From: Obrimoposthia wandeli
Taxonomy: Eukaryota
Length of the DNA stretch: 64,000 nucleotides
Assembly (NCBI GenBank): GCA_977020255.1
Contig: CDROCS010002570.1
Span: 806,001 to 870,000, forward strand
Direction: 5' to 3'
Shown: piece by piece, positions 53,201 to 61,965 of the stretch
Layout of the letters: the number at the start of each line of letters is the position of its first letter
How positions within the stretch are numbered: position 1 is the first letter of the stretch
Notes under the pieces: model-generated
What the model saw: only the letters and a program-made list of their open reading frames with translations
Databases searched by the model: none
What the model was told of the DNA's origin: nothing
Made by a program: the position numbers and the translations under genes

Positions 53201-55151
53201 CTAAATGCGTTGCACAGCTTAAAGAAAAAGAAAGTGAGTAGTGAGCAATATTTCAGTATAGTAATGTTAGTTGGTTAAGTCACGGAGCTGTTTTAACTCG
53301 ATGCTTTTAATTTAATAAATCAAGTAATTGTTTTCATAAACCCTGGATTTAGATGATGCATGTGGTAAGGAATCGATTAGAGTTTCTGAATACTGCTTTA
53401 GAATAACCATTAAACTTTATGTCGGGTCTAAAACGTCTTCTAGAAAGTAAAAGTGTGGGAATTATGGCAATTGTATGTCGACTTTTCTGACAAATTGGGT
53501 CTCTGACTCACCAACTTTGTCACTCGGTCACTTCACAATGCCTGAAAAATATCGTATATAGGGAGAACAATGGGCTTTGTTCTGTCAGAGTGGATCGTGA
53601 GAAAGTGCTATATCTGCCACTCCGGCTTTCTCTGGACAATTGGGACGGCAGACTAAAAAACAAGACAGTCAACATGTACTATCTTCTAACACGTGTACAG
53701 GAACAATGAAGACTTACTCACAGGGTCTCAATTATTTATTTACCATAAATAAGTTACTATTAAATAATAGTTAAATTATCCTGAATTTAAGCTTTATTAA
53801 AATAAAATGAGTGTATCAAGAACATTTACACTACTGAACAAAGAATAACTTTTGTTGTCTGATGCATTCCGTTCGAAATTTTAAAAAAATGATTATTTGA
53901 TAATTAATTATGAAAAGAAAATTGATAGAGCTGATTATTAGCTGAAAATGAAACGATAAATCATTGCTCTATCTACTGAGTAAGAAGAAAGTTTAACTAT
54001 GGGTAAGCTTAACACAAATAGTGAAATCGAGAAAGAGAAGGCTGTGAAGATGTTTACAGGGTATGCTTCTTCGAAGAATGTTTCAATTAAGACAGTTCAG
54101 GAGAGATATTTGGCTTAACTATTGTGCAATTATTCTTCTTCCTTGAAACTCATTGACAGTGACAGAATAAGAATGTTAATGTTTTAAAGTATTAGTAATT
54201 ATAATTGTTCATTATTATTCTAGCGATAATGATGTAATTAGTGAGTTTAGCTACGCTTCAGTCAATTATCGCTAGATTAATAATGAATACTTTTATTTTG
54301 TTTCTGTGGCACGAATAGCATATTTCTAGCCTAAATATGTTAGTTTTTTGACGAAAATATAATTTGTTAAAATCTCGTCAAATCTCAACATGATCAGAAC
54401 TTAGACAAAATAGCTTTTTGATTTACATATGAAACAGCATATTTAGTTGTGACAATTAATTGTTAGGTACAAACTGTTCGAAAACATGAAATGCTTGTAT
54501 TGGTTTCTAATAGATTTAAATGTTGCAAATTACCATTGTAAGTTAATTAAATAGAACTTATATTATAAAAAATATAAAATAATTTTTTTTTCATAATCAG
54601 GATGCATACAAAACTATCCCTTAAAATTTCTTTTTTTACAGTAGAGGAAATATTTTCATATTGTGATATTTCAATGTAAATATTTACATTGTGATATAGA
54701 CAAATGAATTACACTTTCATAATAAAATTTTATTGAATGAAAAACAAAAGATTAAATCACATGAGATTGTCTGAATGGTACATAAATACTTGAAATAAAT
54801 TTTTTACTACCAACGAAATTACCATGGCAATAATATTGAAAAGAAATAGGAATGGGTATTGACAGTGTAAAAACGTAACTTCAATTAGATTAACAATTTA
54901 ATCGTCATTTTATATGTACTAATGTTGTTAATATTTCAATTAATAGAAATCTAATAAAAACCATCAAATATTAATGGACATATATTTTTGTCGGTGAAAT
55001 TCGGTACAGAATTCAATCTATATTTATGTAACCCGTTCCAGATATCGGAGATGGAGTTCTTTTATAAGCATAAATAACAATCACTGTTGATGGCTTTAAG
55101 TAACGACGACACGGCAATCATTGGCACCAAAAACCAGGTTTGCTTTCCCAT
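5209..55151 (-). CDS. Eph: Divergent Eph-family receptor gene (joined exons: LBD, Cys-rich, 2xFN3, stalk, TM, juxtamembrane; no kinase domain seen in window)
   Basis: Eleven core exons (44701 to 5298) have canonical AG/GT ends and compatible phases. They give Eph motifs in the correct order: VLLDT..GW, YGVC..WLRSPFI..FTMRKC..CEET, LALRNTGSC..LKEVSVFYQQCP, C..GSW..CQCGIGYEP, C.KCP.NS..CYC.NGFY, two FN3, TM and YQDPGTYED..F.REID. The first and last exons are less certain. Confidence 0.88.
5298..5432 (-). CDS. Eph exon 12, juxtamembrane tyrosine motif and first kinase beta-strand
   Basis: cccatacag|CA TAC AGT ... AAA GAA G|gtaata. RYQDPGTYEDISLALQDFTREIDCAWISTDVLLKEG aligns by eye to the Eph consensus YIDPxTYEDPxxAVxEFAKEID....IExVIGxG. 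Confidence 0.9.
6738..7300 (-). mobile_element. Tc1/mariner superfamily (maT/DD37D-like) transposase relic with TA|CAGTG-type end
   Basis: ORF 6971..7240 has IFQQDGIPSH and FFFWGDLKYKVY (FQQDGAPxH, FLWGYLKxxVY). tacagtgtattcc at ~6736 resembles a TIR end. A possible N-terminal piece (GHPVR..EDKILENV) lies at ~8320-8400. Confidence 0.75.
13689..13771 (-). CDS. Eph exon 11, basic juxtamembrane segment (HKHEKKVTKTKKKVSENHHTNQIIYSS)
   Basis: tttctctcttccag|G CAC AAG ... AGT G|gtaagt. Phase 2 to 1, which exactly bridges the 14500 and 5432 exons. Confidence 0.72.
14500..14872 (-). CDS. Eph exon 10, Ser/Gly/Pro-rich stalk plus transmembrane helix
   Basis: atttgacag|AG ATG ACA ... TAC AG|gtgagg. 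TM VVLLVVGSILLMVVLIVVAVVVIFCM (14532-14609) is followed by RR stop-transfer residues. Confidence 0.9.
15033..15099 (-). CDS. Eph exon 9, FN3 domain 2 C-terminal strand (VRARSRSGWGQFAKFKTVKESP)
   Basis: ccatttttcag|GTA AGA GCA CGC ... CCA G|gttggt. Phase 0 to 1; matches the Eph FN3-2 VRART.AGYG.FS motif. Confidence 0.88.
16111..16367 (-). CDS. Eph exon 8, FN3 domain 2 (N-terminal part)
   Basis: ttctaattcacag|AG ACT TTC TGC ... GTG GCT AAG|gtgagt; lies in ORF 15937..16353 (TGRTVLVKWREV...LEFEVVL). Confidence 0.85.
19860..20060 (-). mobile_element. Tc1 transposase catalytic-region relic
   Basis: FSNNAPLHVSNWTIEYLENNNIVKWPSISPNLHPI resembles QDNAPxH...WPxxSPDLNPIE. Confidence 0.75.
20890..21029 (-). 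CDS. Eph exon 7, FN3 domain 1 (C-terminal part)
   Basis: tttttccttgcag|G GTC ACT GTT ... CCG CTG G|gttagt; encodes VTVLGALPSREYNFKVTTINEISRY. Follows a 52-nt intron (21030-21081). Confidence 0.85.
21082..21292 (-). CDS. Eph exon 6, FN3 domain 1 (N-terminal part)
   Basis: cattacag|CA CCA CCG GGC AAG CCA ... GGC AAC AA|gtgggt; encodes PPGKP...ILISWEP...FYRVNCTNC, the Eph FN3-1 pattern. Confidence 0.88.
22430..22660 (+). mobile_element. DNA transposon relic, probably Chapaev3-like (CMC superfamily)
   Basis: DIPVAYSREVKEYADSIKLAFESIQYNECQWN resembles the SIPVAHS..KETY.N...LL.KI.Y..HQW segment I recall from Chapaev3-type transposases. The family assignment is from memory and has not been searched. 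Confidence 0.5.
23480..24275 (-). mobile_element. hAT (Charlie/SPIN, GTF2IRD2-like) transposon 5' part with intact TIR
   Basis: The terminus CAGGCCTGAGCAAACGGTGGCCCGCGGGCCGCATG at 24275 is a Charlie-type end. Translated pieces IENECHVFNEEWRRNYFF..KAVCL, FNIKRHFTTKH and KPYLDGEF; frameshifted. Confidence 0.85.
25689..25841 (-). CDS. Eph exon 5, EGF/TNFR-like Cys-rich module
   Basis: tttgcag|AA TGC AAT ... TGC AAA G|gtgaca; encodes CNFQYYKNTIGLEGCVKCPRNSHSSMGATRCYCRNGFYSLPGPPTSLNCK. Confidence 0.93.
26060..26420 (-). mobile_element. mariner transposase relic
   Basis: EKRPEYAEGYDNARLHIGKCV...MLPHPPHMPN resembles KRP......HDNARPH...LPHPPYSPD. Confidence 0.75.
29047..29459 (-). CDS. Eph exon 4, end of LBD plus sushi-like Cys-rich region
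   Basis: atgcag|G TAC TTT TTG ACG ... TGC GTC A|gtgagt. Lies in ORF 29027..29452 (GVILALRNTGSCAMLKEVSVFYQQCP...YCRASGSW...CQCGIGYEP..TC). Confidence 0.95.
32991..33360 (-). repeat. CTAG-terminated dispersed repeat family, copy A
   Basis: Shares caacgtgagttct.tagcgatag.gcttacata, gtggcctacctatt, gtctcaatctgaagg and ggagccaagcgacg.taacgatgtt with copy D. Confidence 0.85.
34161..34600 (-). mobile_element. L2/CR1-clade LINE 3' region relic
   Basis: VLDENITMNCQINKV*..IKNIYIIRKYLSTD and HKLLMNTRIGFHIQFIITKSILSLIPKYLCDLL match the post-RT C-terminal segment (LHWLP..RI.FK.....AP.YL.DLL). Confidence 0.7.
35700..36060 (-). mobile_element. mariner N-terminal (HTH) relic
   Basis: VRAYFRRFRDCDTSLTDKHGSGCQSTVNNDAIKEAIEESP resembles VQRWF.KFR.GD.SLED..RSGRP...D.L...VEE.P. 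Confidence 0.75.
36143..36420 (-). CDS. Eph exon 3, ligand-binding domain
   Basis: atgcag|TGG CGA ATC ... GAC CG|gtaaat. Lies in ORF 36139..36426 (WRIQ...YGVCEIK...WLRSPFI...FTMRKC...CEETLQLLKYE). GC-rich. Confidence 0.93.
36670..37178. mobile_element. MITE-like element with inverted subterminal GGACGTTTTGG motifs
   Basis: The left end has ggacgttttggtcc and gacgttttggtttggcc. The right end has ggccaaaacatcc and gctaaaacgtcc, their reverse complements. The interior is AT-rich and non-coding. Confidence 0.55.
37895..38390 (+). mobile_element. LTR-like segment followed by a possible primer-binding site (TGGTGAAGCG)
   Basis: Starts near tgtataatgtg, contains TATATAAG and AATAAA, ends before ttggtgaagcg and leads into a tandem array. 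No partner LTR is in the window. Confidence 0.35.
38391..38640. repeat. 53-bp tandem repeat, about 5 units, decaying rightward
   Basis: Unit TGAATTTAATACAAATTGTGAAGTAATTTTGTGAGCGACATTTATCATAAAAG starts at 38391, 38444 and 38497; degenerate units at ~38550 and ~38603. Confidence 0.92.
39020..39204 (+). repeat. CTAG-terminated dispersed repeat family, copy B (opposite orientation)
   Basis: cttcagattgagact...tgtaagccctattgctacagaactcacgttgggggcctccatacgaggatctag|t is the reverse complement of the copy A and D starts. Confidence 0.85.
42480..43200 (+). mobile_element. hAT transposase C-terminal (dimerization domain) relic
   Basis: FYMELIELSEENLL...KIWK*ATEYPCLRKYACRLIS resembles QMELIELQ....FW....YP.L...A..LLS. 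Confidence 0.7.
43456..43482. repeat. T9 followed by G18 homopolymer
   Basis: Read directly: T run 43456-43464, G run 43465-43482. Confidence 0.95.
43900..44060 (-). mobile_element. pogo/Tigger-type DDE relic
   Basis: SLNQFGNMDETCTQLEW resembles the pogo L.QIGNMDETP..FDM motif. Confidence 0.6.
44634..44701 (-). CDS. Eph exon 2, start of ligand-binding domain (VLLDTKRDGWDMWRKNTNKFKG)
   Basis: atgcag|TG GTT CTG CTC GAT ... AAA GGG|gtaagt. Phase 1 to 0, matching the classic Eph exon 2 (LLD...W...G). Too short to appear in the ORF track. Confidence 0.8.
45265..45700 (+). mobile_element. mariner transposase relic
   Basis: Frameshifted MVP/KILNDDQKEQHIQVCQ, DLETKRQNIQ*..PRLKKARQSNPQIKTML, and a degenerate YSPDLAPCDFFLFP region. 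Confidence 0.8.
46731..47949 (-). mobile_element. Tc1-like element with ~105-120 bp imperfect inverted repeats
   Basis: 46731-46850 is the reverse complement of 47845-47949 (shared gtttctaccttgcctc, atgtataaaat..gaaatatatta..ttacctt). Internal ORF 47356..47643 has RTISDESRLPSF (Tc1 FSDES.F). Confidence 0.65.
50127..50178. promoter_or_regulatory. Cluster of five E-boxes (3x CAGCTG, 2x CAACTG) around a TGTCAA/TTGACA inverted pair
   Basis: CAGCTG at 50127, 50165 and 50173; CAACTG at 50138 and 50156. Sits at the edge of a GC-rich island (49870-50130). Function is inferred. Confidence 0.35.
50805..52456. repeat. ~1.65-kb direct repeat, copy 1
   Basis: Near-identical to 61966-63614 (offset ~11.16 kb) with scattered substitutions and small indels. 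ORFs 51741..51959 and 62899..63117 differ by one residue. Confidence 0.97.
52804..52882 (-). repeat. CTAG-terminated dispersed repeat family, copy C (short, internally deleted)
   Basis: ctagatccttgcacggaggcttccaacgtc...gtggcctacctattct...gtagtctcaat. Confidence 0.75.
53150..53450 (+). mobile_element. hAT transposase relic
   Basis: QYSNVSWLSHGAVLTRCF* resembles the hAT/Charlie Y.EVRWLSRG.VL.RF motif. Confidence 0.65.
54300..54555. repeat. Diverged dispersed repeat, also at ~59960-60215 (core also at ~12610)
   Basis: Shared gaaaacatgaaatgcttgt.ttggtttctaatagatt, ttgtaagttaattaaata and atagca..ttctag.ctaaat.tgtta. Confidence 0.8.
55085..55151 (-). CDS. Eph candidate exon 1, signal peptide MGKQTWFLVPMIAVSSLLKAIN
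   Basis: ATG at 55151, a short basic N-region and a hydrophobic core. The phase-1 donor A|gtgatt fits the phase-1 acceptor of the 44701 exon. The donor is only moderately canonical. An acceptor tttgtag lies 6 nt upstream of the ATG. Confidence 0.4.
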
Positions 55152-56063
55152 GTTTGACTACAAACTCAATTGAAACTCAAAATTGTGGGTTACGGAATCA
55201 TAAATGACATGCAGTGACATAAAGTAATCTTTACCAATATAAATGTTGAATTAATAATGTTATGACTCATGTTAAAGAAACTAATTTACATTAAAAGTAC
55301 ATGATAATTAAAATTTATTTGAATTTGAAACGCTGAAACGCTGAAAAACGTGACTAATTAAGTAATTTTGTTTGGTGTGGCAAATTGAATGTACAATTAT
55401 GTGTATCGAGGTAAAGTTGGTTGTTTTAGAAGGAAAAATTAAAAATGAAACAGAAAGATTTTGCACAATTTATTGGAACTTAAGAAAAAACTATATATTT
55501 TGCTGAAACGATGCTGTGTCAAAATATGTTAGAAATTACATTTTGTGTATGTCTTTGTAAGATAAAGAGATTGAATTTTGTAGACTCCTGTGGATGTGCT
55601 TGAAATAAGTGTTGAGAAAGTCTTCGGATTGATTTTACGGTTATTAATCAGCACTCTCAAGGTCATGATTCATTGCAAACCGCCAATCAAAGCGGCATCG
55701 AATCGATTTTGTCACATTGTAATATGACCTGCCACAACACCAGAATATTCAGCGTCGTTGATGAGGTGTGACGTAATGTCAATGTCAGCTATTTATGCAC
55801 ATTGCACATTGTATTGATTTTCCATTTCAATTACATATTGAAAGTTTGCAAAGTGATTAAAGACCTTAAAGACAAGCAAAATCACAAAAGAAAAACATCA
55901 AATAGGATAACGATATTGTTGAACTGCCTTATGATCTCAAAATTTTACAGCAAATTTCAAATAAATCGAATTTCAACGGACCCGTTATATCCGAAATGTA
56001 AAAATATACATTTAAAAATCTATAATGAAATTTGACAAAATATTAGGGTTTCTTTTTAAATTA

Positions 56064-56460
56064 CTAGATCCTCTTCCAGAAACCAACGTGAGTTCTGTAG
56101 CGATAGGGCTTACATAGGAATGTGGCCTACCTATTCCCTCTACTTATTTCTAGTCTCAAGTCTGAAGGTTTTAGATGTTGTTTTGTTTGATGCTGTGTGC
56201 AAGGAGTTCTGTTCAGGATAACTAAAACTAATGTAATCTAATGTAGGGTTGCTCTAATTAGCCGGTTAGGCTGTTCTGGAATCTAATTCAAAGGGGTTTG
56301 GTTAAAACCTACACCAACTATGTGAACAGAGCTGGAGCCAAGCGACGCTAACGATGTTTCTCCAAAATACCAGGGCTTAACTATCCTCTGTATAGACTTG
56401 GGTTTGAAACCCCGTTAAGTGATTAGCTCTCGGCTAGCCTATATATTAGTGGATACAAGG
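56064..56460 (-). repeat. CTAG-terminated dispersed repeat family, copy D
   Basis: ctagatcctcttccagaaaccaacgtgagttctgtagcgatagggcttacata...gtggcctacctatt...ggagccaagcgacgctaacgatgtt. Confidence 0.85.
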
Positions 56461-56862
56461 GTTACGCAAAGTGATCGATACACAAAGGAAACGCGATTTA
56501 CTCGGTTAAGATACTATTTATTTATTTACAATCTACATATTCCCTGACTTATTGTAACAGTTTATATTTTCACAAAACTAGTATTTTATCAATCAATTGT
56601 TTTTTAGAGTATAGACAATTACTAATTACGGACAAATTACTTGGTTATTTGATTGTCTTTTCAATTACTAACAATTTCTTAATGATAGACAATTAATGGT
56701 TATTTGATTTACAAAACTTTTGTTTATTGTTTTACTCAGTTTTCAGAATATTTAAGAAATCCTTGGTGGATATATCTGTGATTCTGAATATTTAGTTCCT
56801 TCAGTGAGGCGCGAAAATTCTTTTTAATTTTGATATTTTAAATTTCGGATAACTTAAATCTG

Positions 56863-56917
56863 GGATAGCTTCACCTTCAGATAGCTTCACCTTCGGGTAG
56901 CTTCACCTCCGGATAGC
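56863..56917. repeat. 16-bp tandem repeat (GATAGCTTCACCTTC-like), ~3.5 units
   Basis: TAGC recurs at 56866, 56882, 56898 and 56914. Confidence 0.9.
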
Positions 56918-57659
56918 CGATAATCTACTGCTTCTTGTTTCTGTTCGCTAATACGGTAAATAAATTGTGTATTTATATCAAGTTACCTCCAGGCAGGCTG
57001 GATGCTGCGATTCAATGTGATGGTTTTTCTGCAGAATGCTGATAATGTGTAACGTTTATTCTTTTCTCAAATTCGACTTGTTCGTTTTCTTTAATGATCC
57101 TATGGATATATTTCTTTGTGCTTTGTACATATTTCCTTTTCCTTGAATACACATTTTCCTGACCTTTTCAATGAGTCTATTTATCTCTCACACACATTTT
57201 AAATTCATCTTTAACATATTTTAAATTTATTTGTTTAACTTACTATTTATGGTTAACTTCTTTTTATATATAAACGTATTTTTATTTTTTTTTAAATTTT
57301 CCTAATCTAACACTAGCGTTTCACAGATTAATCATCGACCTCAAATCGTATTTTAATCGTACTCAATCCAGTCCTATCTGAACTCGTGGGTAGTTCCCTT
57401 AAAATATCTTATGCTGAAACCTCGTGTTTAATTAAAACTATATATTTGTATGACAGTGTGGATTTCAAGCTGCAGTTGCTAGGTTTTTACCAGAAAGACT
57501 ATACACTAAAAACAATTACGAATTTTCTACTAGAGTATCTACAAGGGACACAAACATTAGTTCTCAATGGAGAATTTACACAAAACCTATTCGATTATCA
57601 CTTTATGAAATATGAATTTATTAATGTAGTTCAATATGATTATTCTATTAACAAACTCT

Positions 57660-57795
57660 GAAATAGTGAATTATTATCAATTCACGAAATACAAATTATC
57701 ATCAATTCACGAAATACAAATTTTTGCTCATTTATGAAATATTACAAATTTATGAAATACGAATTTTTATCAATTCACGAAATACGAATTAATTA
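57660..57795. repeat. Irregular tandem repeat of TCAATTCACGAAATAC-containing units
   Basis: The motif occurs at 57677, 57702 and 57770, with degenerate TTTATGAAATA units between. Confidence 0.8.
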
Positions 57796-58774
57796 TGAGT
57801 GAGTCTCTTACGATTTTCCCTGTATATTTCGTCGTTATTTTGCACGTATTATCTAGTTGAGGTAAGTGCTTCAATCGTTTCTGATTCTGTAGGTGGTTGC
57901 TCTTCTGTCAGTCGATTCATGATTATCCATTGAAATGGATCGCGTTCGTCGGCTGGCTTAATCTCGACGAATATCCTTTGTTTCGATTCAAATTACACTT
58001 GCAATTCTTGTAACTATTTCTGTAATTCTTTCGTCGTTAAATCCACTTCTTGGACTTGTCGGATGTGTCGCGGTCACTGAACAGCCACGACTTATGCACT
58101 TATGAAATTCATAATCATGTGAAATTCAGTGACTTAAGACTTGTTTTCCTTTTATGTCTTCTACTTTGACGGTTTTCTCTTCAGCTTAATCTCCCAAGGC
58201 CTTTTTACATTTTTCTGACTTACATATAAACATATTTTCATGTCCTTTTCAAGGTCCTAAGTTAATTAGTTTTTTTGAATTAAATTTATTTGAATTAATT
58301 TTTAAAATAAATTTTTAAAATTTTAATCTTTACTGAGAGGTCCTTGCTTATATTTATATTCATTTTATTATTTATTTCATACTTTCCTATTCTTACAGAA
58401 ATAATTTTTCACTTAAAACAAATTATTTAAATATTTATATCAAAGATATTTAACAATAATGGAGAATAAGTGATCCAACTGCAATATACAAATATATATA
58501 AAATGTGCAACAACCTTTGAATTAAAACAGCAAAAAATTTATGATTAATATTTTGTTATGTTTTAAAAAATATTGAGGAGTAATTCTGTAAATAAATTTT
58601 GCAGTACACACATTTTCTATCGATTTATTGGCATTGGTTAATTGTTTAATGAAATCACCTAAAAATGAAAATACCATAAAAATGAAAAAATAAATATGTA
58701 AGTTTTAATATCTTTACAGTTACAAATATAACAATTTAATGCTTTTAATATGTTTTTAGATGAATACTAGATGA

Positions 58775-59000
58775 CATTTACCTGATTTAGAAAGAGGACA
58801 CATAATGGCTTATCATTATATGGGTATGAAACAAATATATATCTAAAAAACTGACAAAGAGTAAATCAATAATGAATAATTTTTTCAAACCCACTGTCAT
58901 ATTACAACCAAAATATAAAAAATGGTAACATTAACTGCAAGAGACGTCGATAATTGATGTGGAGAAAAAAATCTCATACTATCTATCTTACATTACATTA
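58775..59000 (+). mobile_element. Tc1 N-terminal (paired-like HTH) relic
   Basis: HLPDLERGHIMAYHYMGMKQ resembles LT.FERG.I.G....G.S; later LTARD resembles LT.RD.R. Confidence 0.6.
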
Positions 59001-61965
59001 GAGCTGTTGAACGATCATTAACTTTAATGAAGAATATACTATCAAGTAACCGTATATCAGCTTACATTATTATTCATTTCAATCTACATTTATTGTAAAT
59101 CAATAAATTTAATACATTGTATATATTTGTTTTTCTTTTGGTCATAAGAGTCATATTTTTAGAGATAAAAGCATATTTTTCAGAATTTTTAGGTCATAAA
59201 AAGCCCTCCGTAGTTATTATTTTAGTGTGATAGAAGTCTATATACATACACGATAAAATGTAAATATCATGAGAAAAGTGATTAGGACTTAGTTTACTTT
59301 CACATTATTTACTAATGCATATTATATAGTAATTAATTATACGCGACATACCCAAGCAATTATTAATGCCGTTTTCCTAAAATCAATTTAAAATTGTTAA
59401 TGTTAAAAAACACATTTAATTTAAAAGTACAAGCTAATTAAGACTTATTTGAATTTGTATGGCGGAAATTTGAATTCTGAAGTCGTAGCTTGGCCAATTA
59501 AGTGAAGTAGAATGTGTTTGTTGGAAGATACTGATTGCTCATCGAAAATTACCGGTGTATGATGTTCACTAGGAACTAGGAACTAGGAAATCAGAACTTC
59601 AGTTGTCTGAATCTCCATGGGGCTCAAGTGTAGCATATGCTGATGTTTTGGTGTTTCTCGAGAGTTGGGAACCGTGAGAGAGAAGGGAGTTGCATCACAA
59701 TTGATTATCTGATCACCGGAGCGGATCAGCGATCAGAATTGGCACCAACTCAGCAGCTCTTGTTCATCACTGTGTGAAGTGGTTGCTGCTAATGCTAGAT
59801 CAGGTCAGGCATGACAGCAACAACATGCTTGACTCGAAAAACCTCTTACAGACTGATTTTTGTGATAATTTATGTATGCTGAATATTTAATCAAACCAGA
59901 TATTTTCATTCAACTACGTCAAGCAGTGCAACACTTTGCTTTATTTTGGTGCTCCTTTTTTAATTACTGTTTCTATCAGTATTTTTGTGATAGCAAAATT
60001 CTAGTCTAAATGTGTTAACTTACGAAAAAATCTGTAGTTTGAAATACTAACAATTTTAAACGAAAAATCAGATCATTAATCTGACATATGAAACAGGTTT
60101 ATTTAATTATGACAGTGAATCATTAATTACGATCTGTAAAGAAAACATGAAATGCTTGTGTTGGTTTCTAATAGATTATGTTGTTGCATATTACAGTTGT
60201 AAGTTAATTAAATAAAAATAAAATTAAAAAAATAGAGAGAAAATTTGCAGGTTGTTCAGTGGATAAGATTGCATGTTAAACCGCATACCCATGATATTTA
60301 TCTCAATCTTATCATTAGACTTTGTGTGAATTTTCCAATTCAGATTTTGGTAGTATTTGTCGATTTGAACATTTATCGATTCTGCCATTGTTTGTAAATG
60401 TAAATATTTCAGTGACGCCTGTATCCACTCCAGAGGGTTATCGCTTCACCATAGTCAAATGTTGCTTCAAGTAATTTGAAACAGTACTTAAGCAACTCAG
60501 GCAGAGCACTGTCTCAAGCCAGTCTTCGTGTTGCTCGCTTCAACGCACCGTCAAAAGCATTGGCCTATTTCAAACTTTATCTGAACTGTGAATGTGGGCC
60601 CACGCTTCCATTCACATCGCTCAGCTGCATTCAAATACAATCTCAAATGTGTAAACACAAATCATGTTATCTGTAAAAATGAAAAAGAAATAATTGTTTT
60701 TTATAAGAGTATCTAATAGAAAATACCTTACTACTGAGAACACTATAATACTCACGCATATTCCAGCTTGTCAATTAAATCACTTGTAAAAACATTTGAA
60801 CCGTCAGAATTATATTCAAATTAAAGAAAAGTGTTAGAACATGTGAGCATTTTAATTCAAAGAACAAACAGATTGGTGAAATATTCGAAAATGATGATCT
60901 GTCTCTTTACAACGATAATATTGTTTAACGTTGTTAAAAGTAAATAATAATCTTTGTCTACATAAAAGCACAATTTAGGGAAATACGCTAAATTCTTCTA
61001 AATAGCCCTTAATACAAAAACTATTCACCCAGAAAATTATATAAATTTCCGTCCTTTTCAGTAACTTTATTATAAAAGAAATAATAAGTTTATTTAATGC
61101 ATATAAATATGAAATATGCGAGGAAGAAATGTTGCGTCATATCGTATCTGGATACTGTTACAATGAAACGTCAGTTAATCACAGTAATCGAAGTACAGGT
61201 GTTCATGATCAATGGTCTGGAAAATATTGAAATTACTCTTTCCGTACCTATTTGCTAGTATTTGTTATTTTTGTTGAGGTATTTTATGACTATGTTACAC
61301 AGTGTTCCTATACAAGTATAAACATATTCAAATCTTAGAATATTGTCGAAAAATATGGTCCATGGAGTAAAGTGTTACATTGTGTAGACTGTTCTTGTTA
61401 TTATCATGACTACGATTATCTCCAAAATAAATGAGGTAGAAAGTAAGGGGATTTATCAGGGGGAAATCATTGCGCAGGTTTAGCTGCTTCTGCTACAATT
61501 CGGTGATGCCGCTGAAGAGGACAACGACGGTGCTCAGCTCAATGATTGGATGAAAAGAAAAAATCAGTCAACCAAGCTACCAAAATAAAGTTTCCTGATA
61601 ATTAAATAATTTCCTTCAACCAAAATTGATCCTGTTCTACAGAAATTGTCGGCGAACTTTTTTATCTGAACGTCTAAGATGTTTATTGCGTTGTCGTTTT
61701 TGAGGGTGGTAAAAACAAGTTTCCGTTCGGTTAGGAAAATATTTTTAATGATGATATTTTTTCTATCGAATTGAATTTTTAACATCATTTCAATACGGTA
61801 TTCAAATTAAAAAGTTATTCATTTAGAATACGGTAAATTTTGGTCACTTTGTACAGTAATTGTACTTACGGAAATGAGCATATCACAAGTCTCATTCTGT
61901 CGAAAATGTTTAATTCGAGGAACAAGAATGAGAGGTTGACAAGTGCCTGTTGATGTAATATTTTG

